Below are positions 38,073-49,149 of a DNA stretch of 64,000 nucleotides, in pieces. Origin of the DNA: Vicugna vicugna (Eukaryota). Each line of letters begins with the position of its first letter. The stretch's first letter is position 1. Made by a program: the position numbers and the translations under genes. Location: positions 71,789-135,788 of the forward strand of contig MU057654.1 in the NCBI GenBank assembly GCA_013265495.1. Direction: 5' to 3'. The notes beneath the pieces were generated by a model. The model made no database searches, was not told the origin of the DNA, and worked only from the letters and a program-made list of their open reading frames with translations.

Positions 38073-38625
38073 TGACAGAATCTGCATAACAGAATTGAAG
38101 GGATTCTCAACCTTGCGGAGCCCATTAAAATTATATTCCTGGGCCCCATTGTATGGTCAGACCACCCAAGATGGCTTTCTTTTGCTCTCTGTCCATCCCT
38201 TGCTGGACCAGTGCCTGCTTCACCTACACCCTACTCACATGACTGACCTTCCTACATACTTGCCCCTGGCCCCAGCTAGTGATCTTTCTAATCTTTAGAT
38301 CTGAACATCTCCACTCTGAAAGCTTATCAAAGGGGTGGTGATGGGCGTGCCCCTCTACAAGTCTCCCTGGTAACCAATGAGTCAACCTGACGTCAATTCC
38401 CCCTATAATTGGTAACCTTCCCTTCCCCACCTGTTAGTGAAAACTACTGCTATGTCCGGTCCACCATCTGCTGCACATGGTGAGGTGTTGCTCCAGGACC
38501 TTGCTTCAGACATGTAAGATACCCCTATTAAATCATTGATGTCTCTGTCGCTGACTCTGAGCTCTTTCTTTAGTCTCTGGCTGGGCAAATACAGTGTTTG
38601 CAAGCCTGCGGGGTACAGCCCAACA
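38073..38625 (+). mobile_element. Solo ERV LTR
   Basis: TG…CCCAACA termini; ATTAAA at 38527; promoter motifs at 38374-38409. Confidence 0.75.
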
Positions 38626-38834
38626 CCCTACACAGCCCCTTTCAGATTATCTGAAGATTCTTTACAGGAATATGGATTCTGCCAAGGATCCTAGATGATT
38701 CTGACTTGGCAAGACTTTCTATATTTGAAAACTATTCATCTAAGCCAGGTCTTCATATGGTAGGGCTTTTGGAGACTTCAAGGGAGCCCAAAAAAGGGCT
38801 GGACATAGTAGGTGTTTATGAAAGACAAATTATT

Positions 38835-40180
38835 GAAGAATAATATTCCATTGTATGGACATACCACATTTTGTTTATCCATTCATCAGTTGATGGACAT
38901 CTGGATTGTTTTTTAATTTTGGATGATTATAAATAAACCATTATAAACTTTTGTGTATAAATTTTTGTTTACAAGTATGTTTTATTTCCTTTGTATCTCC
39001 CTGCCCAGAGAAGTGCCACCACAATTACTGCTAAATTTAAGAGATGCATTGGGAAGAACTTGGTAAAAGAGACAACCCAATAGGGTTACTGATTCTTTCT
39101 CCTAGGCAAAGTTTAAGTAGGTCTAGGTTTAGGATTTTGTGAACTGCCAAAATATTTTCTGAAATGACTGTATCATTTTACATCCCCACTAACAATATGT
39201 AAGGTTTCATTTCTTCCACATCCTTGCCTAAACAAACAATAGTAGTATTTTTTTTATTATAGCCATTCTAGTGGGTGGAAAATGTTATCTCATTGTGGTT
39301 TTGATTTGCATTTCTCTGATGACTAAAGATGTTGAGCATCTTTTTTTATGTGTTCACTGGCCATTTGTATAGATCATTTGAAGCAATGTCTGTTCAAACC
39401 CTTTGCTCATTTTTAAAATGGCTTATTTGTTTTTTATTGTTGAGGTATGAGTTTTTTTAAAATACATTGTGGTTTTTATACATTGTGGTTGCTGTCCCAT
39501 ATCAGATATATCATTTCCAAAATTTGCCCCAATCTGTGGGTTGTCTTTTCTTTTACCTGTGGTGTCCTATGCAAAACAAAATATTTTGACTTTGATGTCC
39601 AATTTAACTATTTTTCTTTTGTTTTTCATGCTTAGTGTCATGGCTTAGAAACCATTCTGGGATTTTTATAGTTGTGGATCTTAAATTTAAGTGTATCAAC
39701 CATTTTAAGTTAATTTTTATTTATGATGTAAGTTCTTTATTATTTAACATGTGGATATCCAATTATCCCAACATCACTTGTTGAAAGACTATTCTTTCCA
39801 ATTCAATAGTCTTGACAGCCTTGTTAGAAAATCAGTTGATCATAAATGTAAGGGTTTATTTCTGGACTCTCAGTTTATCCCATTGATCTATATGTCCATC
39901 CTTATGCCAATACCACAAAGTATTAATGTAGCTTTGTGGTAACTTTTGAAATAGGGAAATGTTAATCCTCCAGCTTTGTTTTTCCTTTTCAATATTGTTT
40001 TGGCTATTCCAGATCCCTTGTATTTCCATGCAAATTTTAGGGTTACCTTGTCAATTTCTGCAAAAACATCACCTGGTATTTTGATAGGGAATGTGATGAA
40101 TCTATAGATTGCTTTGAGTAGTATTGCCATCTTAATATTATGTCCTCCAGTCCATGAACATGGAATTTTTTTCCATTTTT
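38835..40180 (-). mobile_element. L1 ORF2 3' half and 3'UTR
   Basis: Minus ORF 39888..40130 [11 protein letters not shown]…[15 protein letters not shown]. Confidence 0.9.
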
Positions 40181-40289
40181 ATTGAAAGAGAAAGCAAATT
40201 CTTTTTCTCAGCCACCTTTCTGGTGGGAAATTTTAAGATAATAACAGCCACAATCTGTGTGCCAAAGATTATTCTAGGAAATGTATATG

Positions 40290-40480
40290 TATTAATCAAA
40301 TGTATCCTCATGAACTCCTATGAAGTAGAATCATTATTCCCATTTGGCAGATGAAGACTCTGTGGCAAAGGAGATTAAGCAATTTGCCTGAGGTCACACA
40401 GCCAACAAGTGGTAGAGATAGGATTTGAATCCAAGCAGTTTATCTCTAAAGTACATGTTCTTAACCACTATACACTGCTG
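40290..40480. mobile_element. MIR SINE
   Basis: ATTCCCATTTGGCAGATGAAGAC…AATTTGCCTGAGGTCACACAGC…GGATTTGAATCC. Confidence 0.85.
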
Positions 40481-40489
40481 CCTATTGCC

Positions 40490-41300
40490 AAATGTCAGGA
40501 GGTTTTCATGGAAGGCATGTTTCTTTAGAGAGAAAACAGTAAGGCCAAACCACAGAGGTGGAAGATGTAAGAGACTGACAAAGGGAATCCTGACTCCACC
40601 TCTTTCTAAGGGCCGACGGGATCTTTACTTTTCCAGAGTATTACCTCAAGTGTCTGGTTAAGAAACAAATCACTCTGAGATATTTTAGACGAAGAGGGAT
40701 TTAATACAGAGAAATGATTGTAGAGATGTTACAAAGGGCTGTTTTAGTAAAAAAGAGAAAAGAGTGTTACCCAGAGATAAGGAAGCTGTTACTACTCTTT
40801 GTTGTTGAGCTCTGGATGTGTGTTACCACTGCTGCCAGGTAGGAGCTTCCTCTACCAAGTCCCCCATGACCTTATCCCATGACCTTAGTTTTCTGTTGTT
40901 GTTTCACCATAACATGTTTCACTATTTCACACTGTGTAATTTTTTAATACTTATTAGCTTATATCTGTTGTCTATTATTCATTTATTTCTGTTATCTATA
41001 AAAATTGACACAATTTTAGCTTAATTTCCTGTGTCTGTTCTCTACCTCCATCTAGAGTAACACGGATTCCATGAGGACAATGACTTTATCTGTTTTATTT
41101 ACTGCTATATCCCCATGCCTAGAGGAGTCCCGAACATAAAGCAGGCTGTTATAATTTTGAATAAGTGAATGAAAGATTTAATAAAATTGACGTCTGCATT
41201 CCACAATCTGCATTCCACAGCGAGTATGTTAACACAGATCTTGCCTGTAACAATTTAATAAATGATGTGTACTCTTTGTCTTGAAGATTGAAGCCACTGA
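40490..41300 (-). pseudogene. Decayed H2B-like gene split by L2 and other old repeats
   Basis: LKKHAFHEN (vs LAKHAVSEG) at 40528-40502; weaker KEYTSFIKLL (vs KESYSIYVYKVL) near 41270. Confidence 0.4.
40880..41175 (+). mobile_element. L2 3' end
   Basis: TTCCATGAGGACAATGACTTTATCTGTTTTATTTACTGCTATATCCCC…GTGAATGAA. Confidence 0.75.
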
Positions 41301-41449
41301 ACTGAAGAAGTGGATATTCCCTAGTGTCCCTATCACAGGAACTAACAAATGGGTTAGTTGGATGTATTAATTAAGAGTGTTGGTTTCAGGAGACAGAAAC
41401 TAACCTGAGCTGGTGTGATCAGGATATACTCTCTCCACTGACCCAGTGT

Positions 41450-41900
41450 GAGGGGCTCAGCTCTCTGCAATCAAACGTTAAAGGTTCAGAGCTCAGTTGC
41501 ACCACTTTGTCCAGTGTTTAAGTGTCCTTTGTATCTGAGAATTGTCCCAAGGACCCGGAGAAAGTCCTTTTATGAACAACCAGATAGACAGAGGCAAAAG
41601 CATTGGCTGGGCAGGGTACTGGATGCATATGGTGCATTCCTATGAAGTCAGGCAGGGCGTATGTTGCAAACCATGTGAAGTATCCACTCAGGTGAAAACT
41701 AGGAAGTCAGTGGTGGGATTCTGGGTTTAATCCCTAGTACCCCCATTAAATAAATAAAATATAATAAAATAAAATTGTGATTCACTTCCAGAGCTCAAAG
41801 TGACATGTTTTCTCACAACAGATTTGAGCAAGATCTGTATCAGTGTGCAAAGTGCATGGCATTCTCCCTAACTTAATCATGCAGGTCAGAAGGTTCATTA
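41450..41900 (+). pseudogene. Decayed H2A gene interrupted by a truncated Vic-1-like SINE (41718-41776)
   Basis: WLGRVLDAYGAFL*SQAG (vs YLAAVLEYLTAEILELAG); TDLSKICISVQSA (vs EELNKLLGKVTIA); GILPNL (vs GVLPNI) at 41858-41875. Confidence 0.7.
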
Positions 41901-41999
41901 AGAATTTTGAGATCTGAAGATCATGAGATTCAGTAATCATAAATGTGAGTGATTTCTAAGATCTAGAACTTGGGTTACAAGAAGATGTTGTATTAAAGT

Positions 42000-42418
42000 A
42001 AACATGCAGGCTGTCAGATGTGAAGAGCATGTCTGGAATACCAAAAATAACACTCTGCATGATCTCTTCTAACAAATGACCTTGATACAAACGTATTTAG
42101 GAAAGCAAAGACACTCACTGAGAAGACTTGTCTGAAACAAAGTAATGATCCAAGTTAACAGAAGGCAAATAAATAATCACTCTAATGAGTAAATTTAATG
42201 TTTTTCTCTGTAGACATTAGCAAGTTTCTAGTTGTTGGTTTTCAGCATTCATGCCTTAGGAGCACAAATGAATTCTCTGATACTGGTGGAAAGCAGACAG
42301 CATCTAGACTTTTGTGCCCCCAGGATGCTGCTGGAGAACTTAGGAGCAATCCTGTCTCACTAGTGCTCAGTTAAGATCAGATCTGGAAGATAAGGATTCC
42401 TGAGTCTTTTCAGCTCTA
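42000..42418 (+). pseudogene. Decayed H2B gene with stem-loop remnant
   Basis: LKQ, MSKFNVFL (vs MSIMNSFV), QTASRLLCP….GELRSNPVS (vs QTAVRLLLPGELAKHAVS) from 42294; GAGTCTTTTCAGCTC at 42402-42416. Confidence 0.7.
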
Positions 42419-42426
42419 CGGTGCAT

Positions 42427-43540
42427 TTTCTTTTCTTTTTTTCTTTTTTTATTGAAGTATAGTTGATTTACAATGCTGTGTTAGTTTCAGGTGTACAGCA
42501 AAGTGATTCAGTTATATATATATATATATATATATATATTCTTTTTCAGGCTTTTTTCCATTATAGATTATTAGAAGATATTGAATATAGTTCCCTGTGC
42601 TATACAGTAGGGCCTTGTTATTTGTCTATTTTATATATAGTAGTGTGAATATGTTAATCCCAAATTCCTAATTTATCGCTCTCCCCCACCCATTTCCCTT
42701 TTAGTAACCATATTTCTATGTCTGTGAGTCTATTTCTGGCTTGTAAATAAGTTCATTTGTATCTTTTTTTTTAGATTCCACATATAAGTGATGTAGTATT
42801 TGTCTTTCTCTGTCTGACTTACTTCACTTAATATGATAATCTCTAGGTCCATTCATGTTGCTACAAATGGCATTATTTCATTCTTTTTTATGGCTAAGTA
42901 ATATATATATATTACTTAGCCATAAAAATATATATATATATATATATATATATGTTACATCCTCTTATCCATTTATCTGTTGATGGACATTTAGGTTGCT
43001 TCCATGTCTTGGCTATTGTAAAAAGTGCTGCTATGAACATTGAGGTGCAGGTGTCTTTTCGAATTCGAGTTTACTCTGGATATATGCCCAAGAGTGGGAT
43101 TGCTGGATCATATGGTAACTGCATTTTTAGTTTTTAAAGGAACTTCCATACTGTTTTCTATAGTGGCTGCACCAATCTACCCACCAACAGGGTAAGGGGG
43201 TTCCTTTTTATCCATGCCCTTTCCAGTATTTATTATTTGTAGACTTTTTAATGATGGCCATTCTGACTGGTGTGAGGTAATACCTCATTGTAGTTTTGAT
43301 TTGCATTTCTCTAATAATTAGCGATGTTGAGCATCTTTTCATTTTCATGCGACTATTGGCCATCTGGATGTCTTTTTTGGAGAAATGTCTATTTAGACCT
43401 TTTGCCCACTTTTGATTGGGTTATTTGTTTTTTTTTATATTAAGCTGTATGAGCTGTTTGTGTATGTTAGAAATTAACCCTTGTAGGTCTCATCTTTTGC
43501 AAATATTTTCTCCCATACTACAGGTTGCCTTTTCGTTTAG
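42427..43540 (-). mobile_element. Young L1 3' end
   Basis: Poly-T start, conserved 3'UTR and ORF2 C-terminal sequence. Confidence 0.93.
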
Positions 43541-44099
43541 TTTATATTTTGTCTTTTCAGCACTATGCTGCATTTTAAGCAGCTTCCATAACTGCTCTTT
43601 GGGTCTGAAGTCCTAATGTTGTCAATGACAGAGGTACTGTAAGTGTAAGTAAAAATAATTGTGTCTGTTTGTAAAGCACAAATAGATCTTTTGCCCTCTC
43701 CTTCTAAGTGTGTTTCTTTGGGAAACCCAACTCCACCAAAATCCTTACTGTAACCTTTTGGAATGTAAATAACTCTCTTCAAGGCTTTGGATTTCATCCA
43801 CTTCGCAATGAAAACACCTAGCAAAGCCTTCCTAGCACCTTGATAGCTTAACCAGCTACCTGTCTTAGGCTGTAACCATTGGCTTATAGTGGAGATAAGA
43901 GAGGATTTAGTATTCCTGTGGGTGAAGGCAATTAACTAAAACAAATAGCAATCTCAATTCTCAAGTGAATTTAAGATGAACTATATGAAAAAAATATACA
44001 CAAATTGTCATGTTAAGTCCTCTTATAGGAGACTCAAGGATACCACGAAAGCCTGAAGGACATGCGTTATGTATGGCTGCAGACTATTTATATAAATGG

Positions 44100-44400
44100 G
44101 TGTGAAAATGCCCTGACTTTATAGTCTTATGCAAACTACCTATGTGCACATAATTAGGACATGCTTATTCAACAGTAAAGCATTGTTCTTTCCTTTCTAC
44201 ATTTTGTGGGGAATACTTTGCATTGTTAATAGGATTTTTATTTCTGCAATACTACAGACATCCACAGGTTTGAGACATAGTAAAGAATGGACTAAAATTC
44301 AAGTGCACAGGCTATGCAGTGCATGGTTATCCAGGCAGGAAAATAGCTGGAAATTTGAAATCACACCCAAATCAAAGGTCAAGGCAAAGATCAAATCAGA
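44100..44400 (+). pseudogene. Decayed H2B-like gene
   Basis: ORF 44129..44446: TYVHII; GILCIVNRIFISAILQTSTGLRHSKEWT aligns with [29 protein letters not shown], in register from VN onward. Confidence 0.5.
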
Positions 44401-45726
44401 AACCAGGTCTGCAAGCAGAAGACACAGGATTGGTAGATACATGTGATGGGGTAATCCTGAGGACAAGGACAGATTGTCATGCTGGAGAAATTCAAAGAAG
44501 ACCAAAATACAGAAAGATAAGGTAAAGAGAGGGTAGTCAGAAGTTCAGACACAGTCAGGAACTCTATAGAAGCCAAAATAGGTGGGGTGACTTGAAGAGC
44601 AAATATATTGTCCCCTATTTTAAGAGACCTGGCCCCAAAGCAAGCTGTCCTGTCCAGAGGATTCACATATTTTCTGCAAGATGAATGCCAGTGTAGGGCT
44701 GGCCTACAGCAGATAGAAAAAAAATGTGTGGGAAGCTTTTGATTTCCTCTATGAAGTAAGATTGTCTCCATTTTATTGGAGCTAATGTCTACTCTTTTGT
44801 TACTTTTTGGTAGTTTGGGGAGAGTGAACTTACAAAACAATGTGTGCAACAAATCTAAAGATAACTGTTGAGTCTAATTCTAATAAGAAAAAAATGGACA
44901 CAACCAGAGTACTGGTTAAATAAAGTATGCTAACTCCATACAGTGAGAAATGATACAGCTATTAAAAAGTGTAATGTAGATCTCTTATATTGACATGGAA
45001 AATATCTACAATATATATGAATGTATAATTTTTTAAAATTCAAGAAGTACACATTGGTAGGGCTACAAAATGTGAGTTTTTATGACTATTGTCTATTCTG
45101 ACTGGTATCAATCCTGTACTATTTGTTACATATTTAAAATATCATCTCTCTATATATGCATAGAACATTTACCAAAAGTCTAACTGTGACCATCTCTGGG
45201 TAGGGGCAGGTTTGAGAGATTCTCCCTTATTCTCCTTCAGACAAACAAACATGCTAATTCATTTTGCCCACTTGCCATAGAGTGTAGTAAAGTGAATCCC
45301 AAACCTTATAGTGCATCTGAACCACGAGATACTTTTAAAAGCTACGAATGCCACGGTGTCAGAGGTTTGTTTTCACGTGGTCTTGGTGGGGATATGAATA
45401 TATGCTAAAAGCTCTCTGGGTGAGTTTAATGTGTACTCAGGATTGAGAATCAGCCAAGGTTAGGAACATAGGCTAGAAAGCTGGACTGCCTGGGTTTAGA
45501 TCCTTGCTCTGTCACCTACTCTTCCTGTGATAGTGGGCAAAATAATGTACAATTGTTTTCTCACCTGTAAAAAAAAAAACGAAGATTTTAGTAACATCTG
45601 TCTCTTGAGATTACCACAAACACATGCACACACACATTTTTTAATAAAGTAATACAAAGTATGTGTAATAGAGTTAGTTATTATTATGTCAATTTACTTT
45701 TTAAAACATGGTACTGATCATATCTT

Positions 45727-46060
45727 TCAGAAGCCATTCCACATTTCCCTACTGCATACTGGACTAGATGAAAACAACTCACCCTGGCATGCCAGCTTTA
45801 TCTGTCCTTTTACTTCACCTACACTCCATCTATCCAAATAGGAGTAGGGATTTCCAAACCCTTTCAGAGCATTCCCACATGTCAAACAAAATAAGTGCTC
45901 CATGTTATCATGATGCTCAGATATGCTCAAACGAGCATCTGCCCTAAAGCAGTAATAATAGATAAGACTGATGGCTCATCTGGGTTATGAAATTATGTTA
46001 TAAGTGCCTGCTGACACAGGAGCCAGCATTTTCCACCCAAACATCTACATGCTGCACATG
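45727..46060 (-). pseudogene. Decayed H2B gene
   Basis: LSIM; HLFCLTCGNA (vs [10 protein letters not shown]); SVGEVKGQIKLACQGEL (vs TSREIQTAVRLLLPGEL). Confidence 0.65.
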
Positions 46061-46129
46061 TAAGCATAGTTCCTGATGTCTTTTCCTACCTCCAGCCTTT
46101 GAGAAGCTCTCAGAGGGTACCAAAAGGAT

Positions 46130-46518
46130 AATGGATGATTACATATAGGTGGTGATCATAGGCTCTGGAAAGTCATAAGTGTGTCTATCCCAGAGACAGC
46201 AACTACATGGCATTTATATTGCCACTCCTCCTTCTGACAGTCATAGTAGCATCAATAATTGAACATGGTTCTCGGTACCAATGGGCCTTTTTACCACAGT
46301 CCTCTGAACAGCTACACCAAACCAACCAGATAGAATATCAGAAAATATGGCAAACCATCCTTTGTCTCTTCAAAATCTGCAGCTCATCCATCATTTCAGT
46401 AACATCTTCTGTTTGATTTCTTTGAAGTAAGGTTCGGCTTGATTTTAAGGGGTTAGAAAAGTTTCTTCTCTCCTTACCAATCACATAGGAAGCCCTTTCA
46501 TTTTCTAGAGGGCTACAT
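46130..46518 (+). pseudogene. Decayed H2A gene with stem-loop remnant
   Basis: RDSNY (vs RKGNY), VIVASIIEH (vs VYLAAVLEY), NLQL; AGCCCT-N12-AGGGCT-AC at 46491-46516. Confidence 0.55.
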
Positions 46519-46829
46519 AAAGTACATAGTATTTACATAGTATCTACATAAAGTAATAGTATTTTTTGGTTAAAAAATATAAGATGTCAGTCATCAACAG
46601 TTATACATGGTAAAATGCAGCATTCACGCCTTCTCTCTTCTATTTCCCTTTGTTGCATTCTATATTCACACTGGCATGTGAACTTGCCTTCTGGCCAAAT
46701 GTGTAAGTTGATATGAGTAAGTTCATTTCTTTGAGAGGTTATTTGATAAAGATCTAAAAGAAAGCACTACCAAGATGGCACTGAAAAGGTGAAAATACAA
46801 ATCTGTCCCCTCCAAAATCTGACCCATCT

Positions 46830-47470
46830 TTTCTCATAAAGATTTCATCTGAATTTGGAAACAGCATGTTGGAAGCTCTCAGGAGCATCTTAGCGCTCTT
46901 CCTAGAATATTTTCAAGGAAAACAATTGAAATTCAGGAAGAAAAATAGCTTGAGTATCTTTCTCTGGATGGAATTGTGTTTTCATCTTCTCAGCACCAAC
47001 TATGTGATTGAAACAGGATTCAAGTCCTGTCTGGCAGGCTGTAAAGTCCATTCTCTTTCTGTTATAAGACACAGCCTGCTGTTAAAACACACACACCACC
47101 ACCTGACCTGATATATCTCAAAATATTTTCAAGAATGGAAAGATAGAAGGAAAAGAAAAATAAAGCTAACATTTATTAAATGCTTACTAGATGCAGGCTC
47201 TGTAGGAACTGCTTTACATAAAGCACTTTGTAAATAACAAAGCACTTTTCAAATTTTATTCATTATACTAAAAGCTAGGTGAGATTTATCACACCCCAGT
47301 ACTCCTTTTAGTACTTCTTTAGACTTCATCTCTCCAGTTATTCAATATCCGTCTTCTGTCCCATTACTTTTGAGGCTGATACTCCAGTGTCTGCCCTGGT
47401 CTGCCTTTCTCTAGTTGTACATTTTCCCTTCCTTCTTTTTCCTTATCAAAAATGACTTGTCCTATGTCCC
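46830..47470 (-). pseudogene. Decayed H2B gene with promoter remnant
   Basis: Minus CATTTGCAC (47526-47518) and CTATAAAA (~47503-47496); DTGVSASKVMG…TDI…KRST at 47391-47298; HAVS near 46865. Confidence 0.7.
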
Positions 47471-47819
47471 GTCAATCAATGGCTTAGCTAAAAAATTTTA
47501 TAGCAGGCTTTCTCTTTGTGCAAATGAATGATGAAGACAGATGGCTTAACACAAAACCTACATCAAAGAAAGCTATTACTGGTGCAGTAGGCCATTGGAG
47601 GAAATTCCTTGTGGGTGGTAGTGGGATTTTGCTGTTGGAGAGACATGGGTTAGATTCTCAGTTCTGCCACTAAGGAGCTTAATGTTATTGAGTTAGTCCC
47701 TTTTCTTGTAGTAATCTCATTTTCTTTGTCTATAAAAAATGACAAAAAAAGATTGTTACCGTCTATTTTAGTACTAAAATTGTGTGATTTTATTAGTAAT
47801 GGGCCTTCTTAACAAAAAG

Positions 47820-47930
47820 TTAGAAAGAGCATTATAAATGGTATATTACACCGTCTTTTTGCAATCCCCATTAAAAGCAGGTAAAAAAGACACATTTGCA
47901 CAGTGATTTAGGAACTATAACCTGGTTACC
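47820..47930 (+). pseudogene. Tentative H2A-like fragment
   Basis: LQSP…KKDTFAQ*F (vs LQFP…RKGNYAERV). Confidence 0.3.
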
Positions 47931-48239
47931 TGCATGGGAATCTTGGGTCCATCACTTAATAGTGCCTCTTAGCTGTATGGCTTTGGGCAAATTGATCTCT
48001 CAATTTCCAAATCTCAAAAAAATGGGAGTAACATGAGTACTTTTTAATTAAATTGTTGTATGATATAATGCATGGGAAACACCTAACAAATGTAGTTATT
48101 ACTGTCATAAAGCTCTCTATAAATTCTAGTATCTTAATCTGTTACAAGAATTCTTAAGAAAAGTAGAAATAACCATTAGAGAGGGATAGTTTAGAAAAGG
48201 ATGTGTGTTAATGTGTGTGTTGTGGGGGGTCGGATATTA

Positions 48240-48440
48240 AGTAGTAGTAATCCATGAGTTGCAAGTGACAGGGTGAGGATGAGTCCAGATTGATTCTCAT
48301 CCATATCTTGTATGTATTTCATGGACTGCTGATCTTTCCTGTCTTTCACCCATTATCCTTTGCCAGTCTCTGTTTTGATTTGGAATACTCAGAGCCTTGA
48401 CAAACGGGATGGATGATGTCTAATTTCCTCAGATTAGCAT
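48240..48440 (-). pseudogene. Decayed H2B-like 5' half
   Basis: YKIWMRINLD (vs YKVLKQVHPD) at 48312-48283; LQLMD (vs MGIMN). Confidence 0.45.
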
Positions 48441-48569
48441 GGAGTTATTATGAAGGGGTTGTTTTGTGCCATGTAGGGTTTGCTAAGAGTACTGAAATCT
48501 TTTCTAAGTGAGACTTTGGCAGAAATGAGTGGGTGCTCTTCTCAATCTTTGAGGCACTTCATTTTTAAG

Positions 48570-49056
48570 TCTAAGTGTCAAAAATAATTCCAGAAATATC
48601 TCTAGAAGCAAGATATTATCTCCCCACACTCACCCTTTCCACCAACCTATGTGAGTTTTTAAAAATTATATGAGATCTATTGGGACACTTTTCGTATCCA
48701 AGATTGTTCTGGAGACTGCTTTGGATGATTATAGGATCTAATCAGGGGTGAAGCTGAAGGAAAACCTTAGAAGAGCACATGTCTGATGATTAAGGGTGCC
48801 AGTTGAGGCAGCAGAGTTGATTTTCTGATGTTTTATATGATTATATTGCCAGGGTGGTCTTCATCATTTTACCCCATATCATAGGTCTCAAACAAGTTCA
48901 GTGTTGATATTGAACAAATATTACTTCTACATAATTGCTTCCATTGCATTCCTCCCCAATTCTTTCCACCTCTTAAGGAGCTGCTGCTCTTTTTGTTAGA
49001 AGGAATCATCTACTCAGGACCCCTGTACAACTGAGTAAGGATCTTTTCAGAGTTGT
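48570..49056 (+). pseudogene. Decayed H2A gene with stem-loop remnant
   Basis: One frame from 48661: KNYMRSIGTLFVSKIVLETALDDYRI*SGVKLKEN; frameshifted IAQGG at 48845; AAGGATCTTTTCAGAGTT at 49037-49054. Confidence 0.7.
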
Positions 49057-49149
49057 AGCCAATCTCTCCCCATTTCCTGGCAGGCTGGTTTTGCTTCTCT
49101 GTGAGAAGTTAGGGTCTTGGGAATCAATTGGTTCAGTTAACCTGTTACT

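Noticed and set aside
38785..38800. AGCCC-AAAAAA-GGGCT hairpin as a minus-strand histone stem-loop
   Set aside because: No adjacent coding remnant, and the link to the 40.5 kb H2B is speculative.
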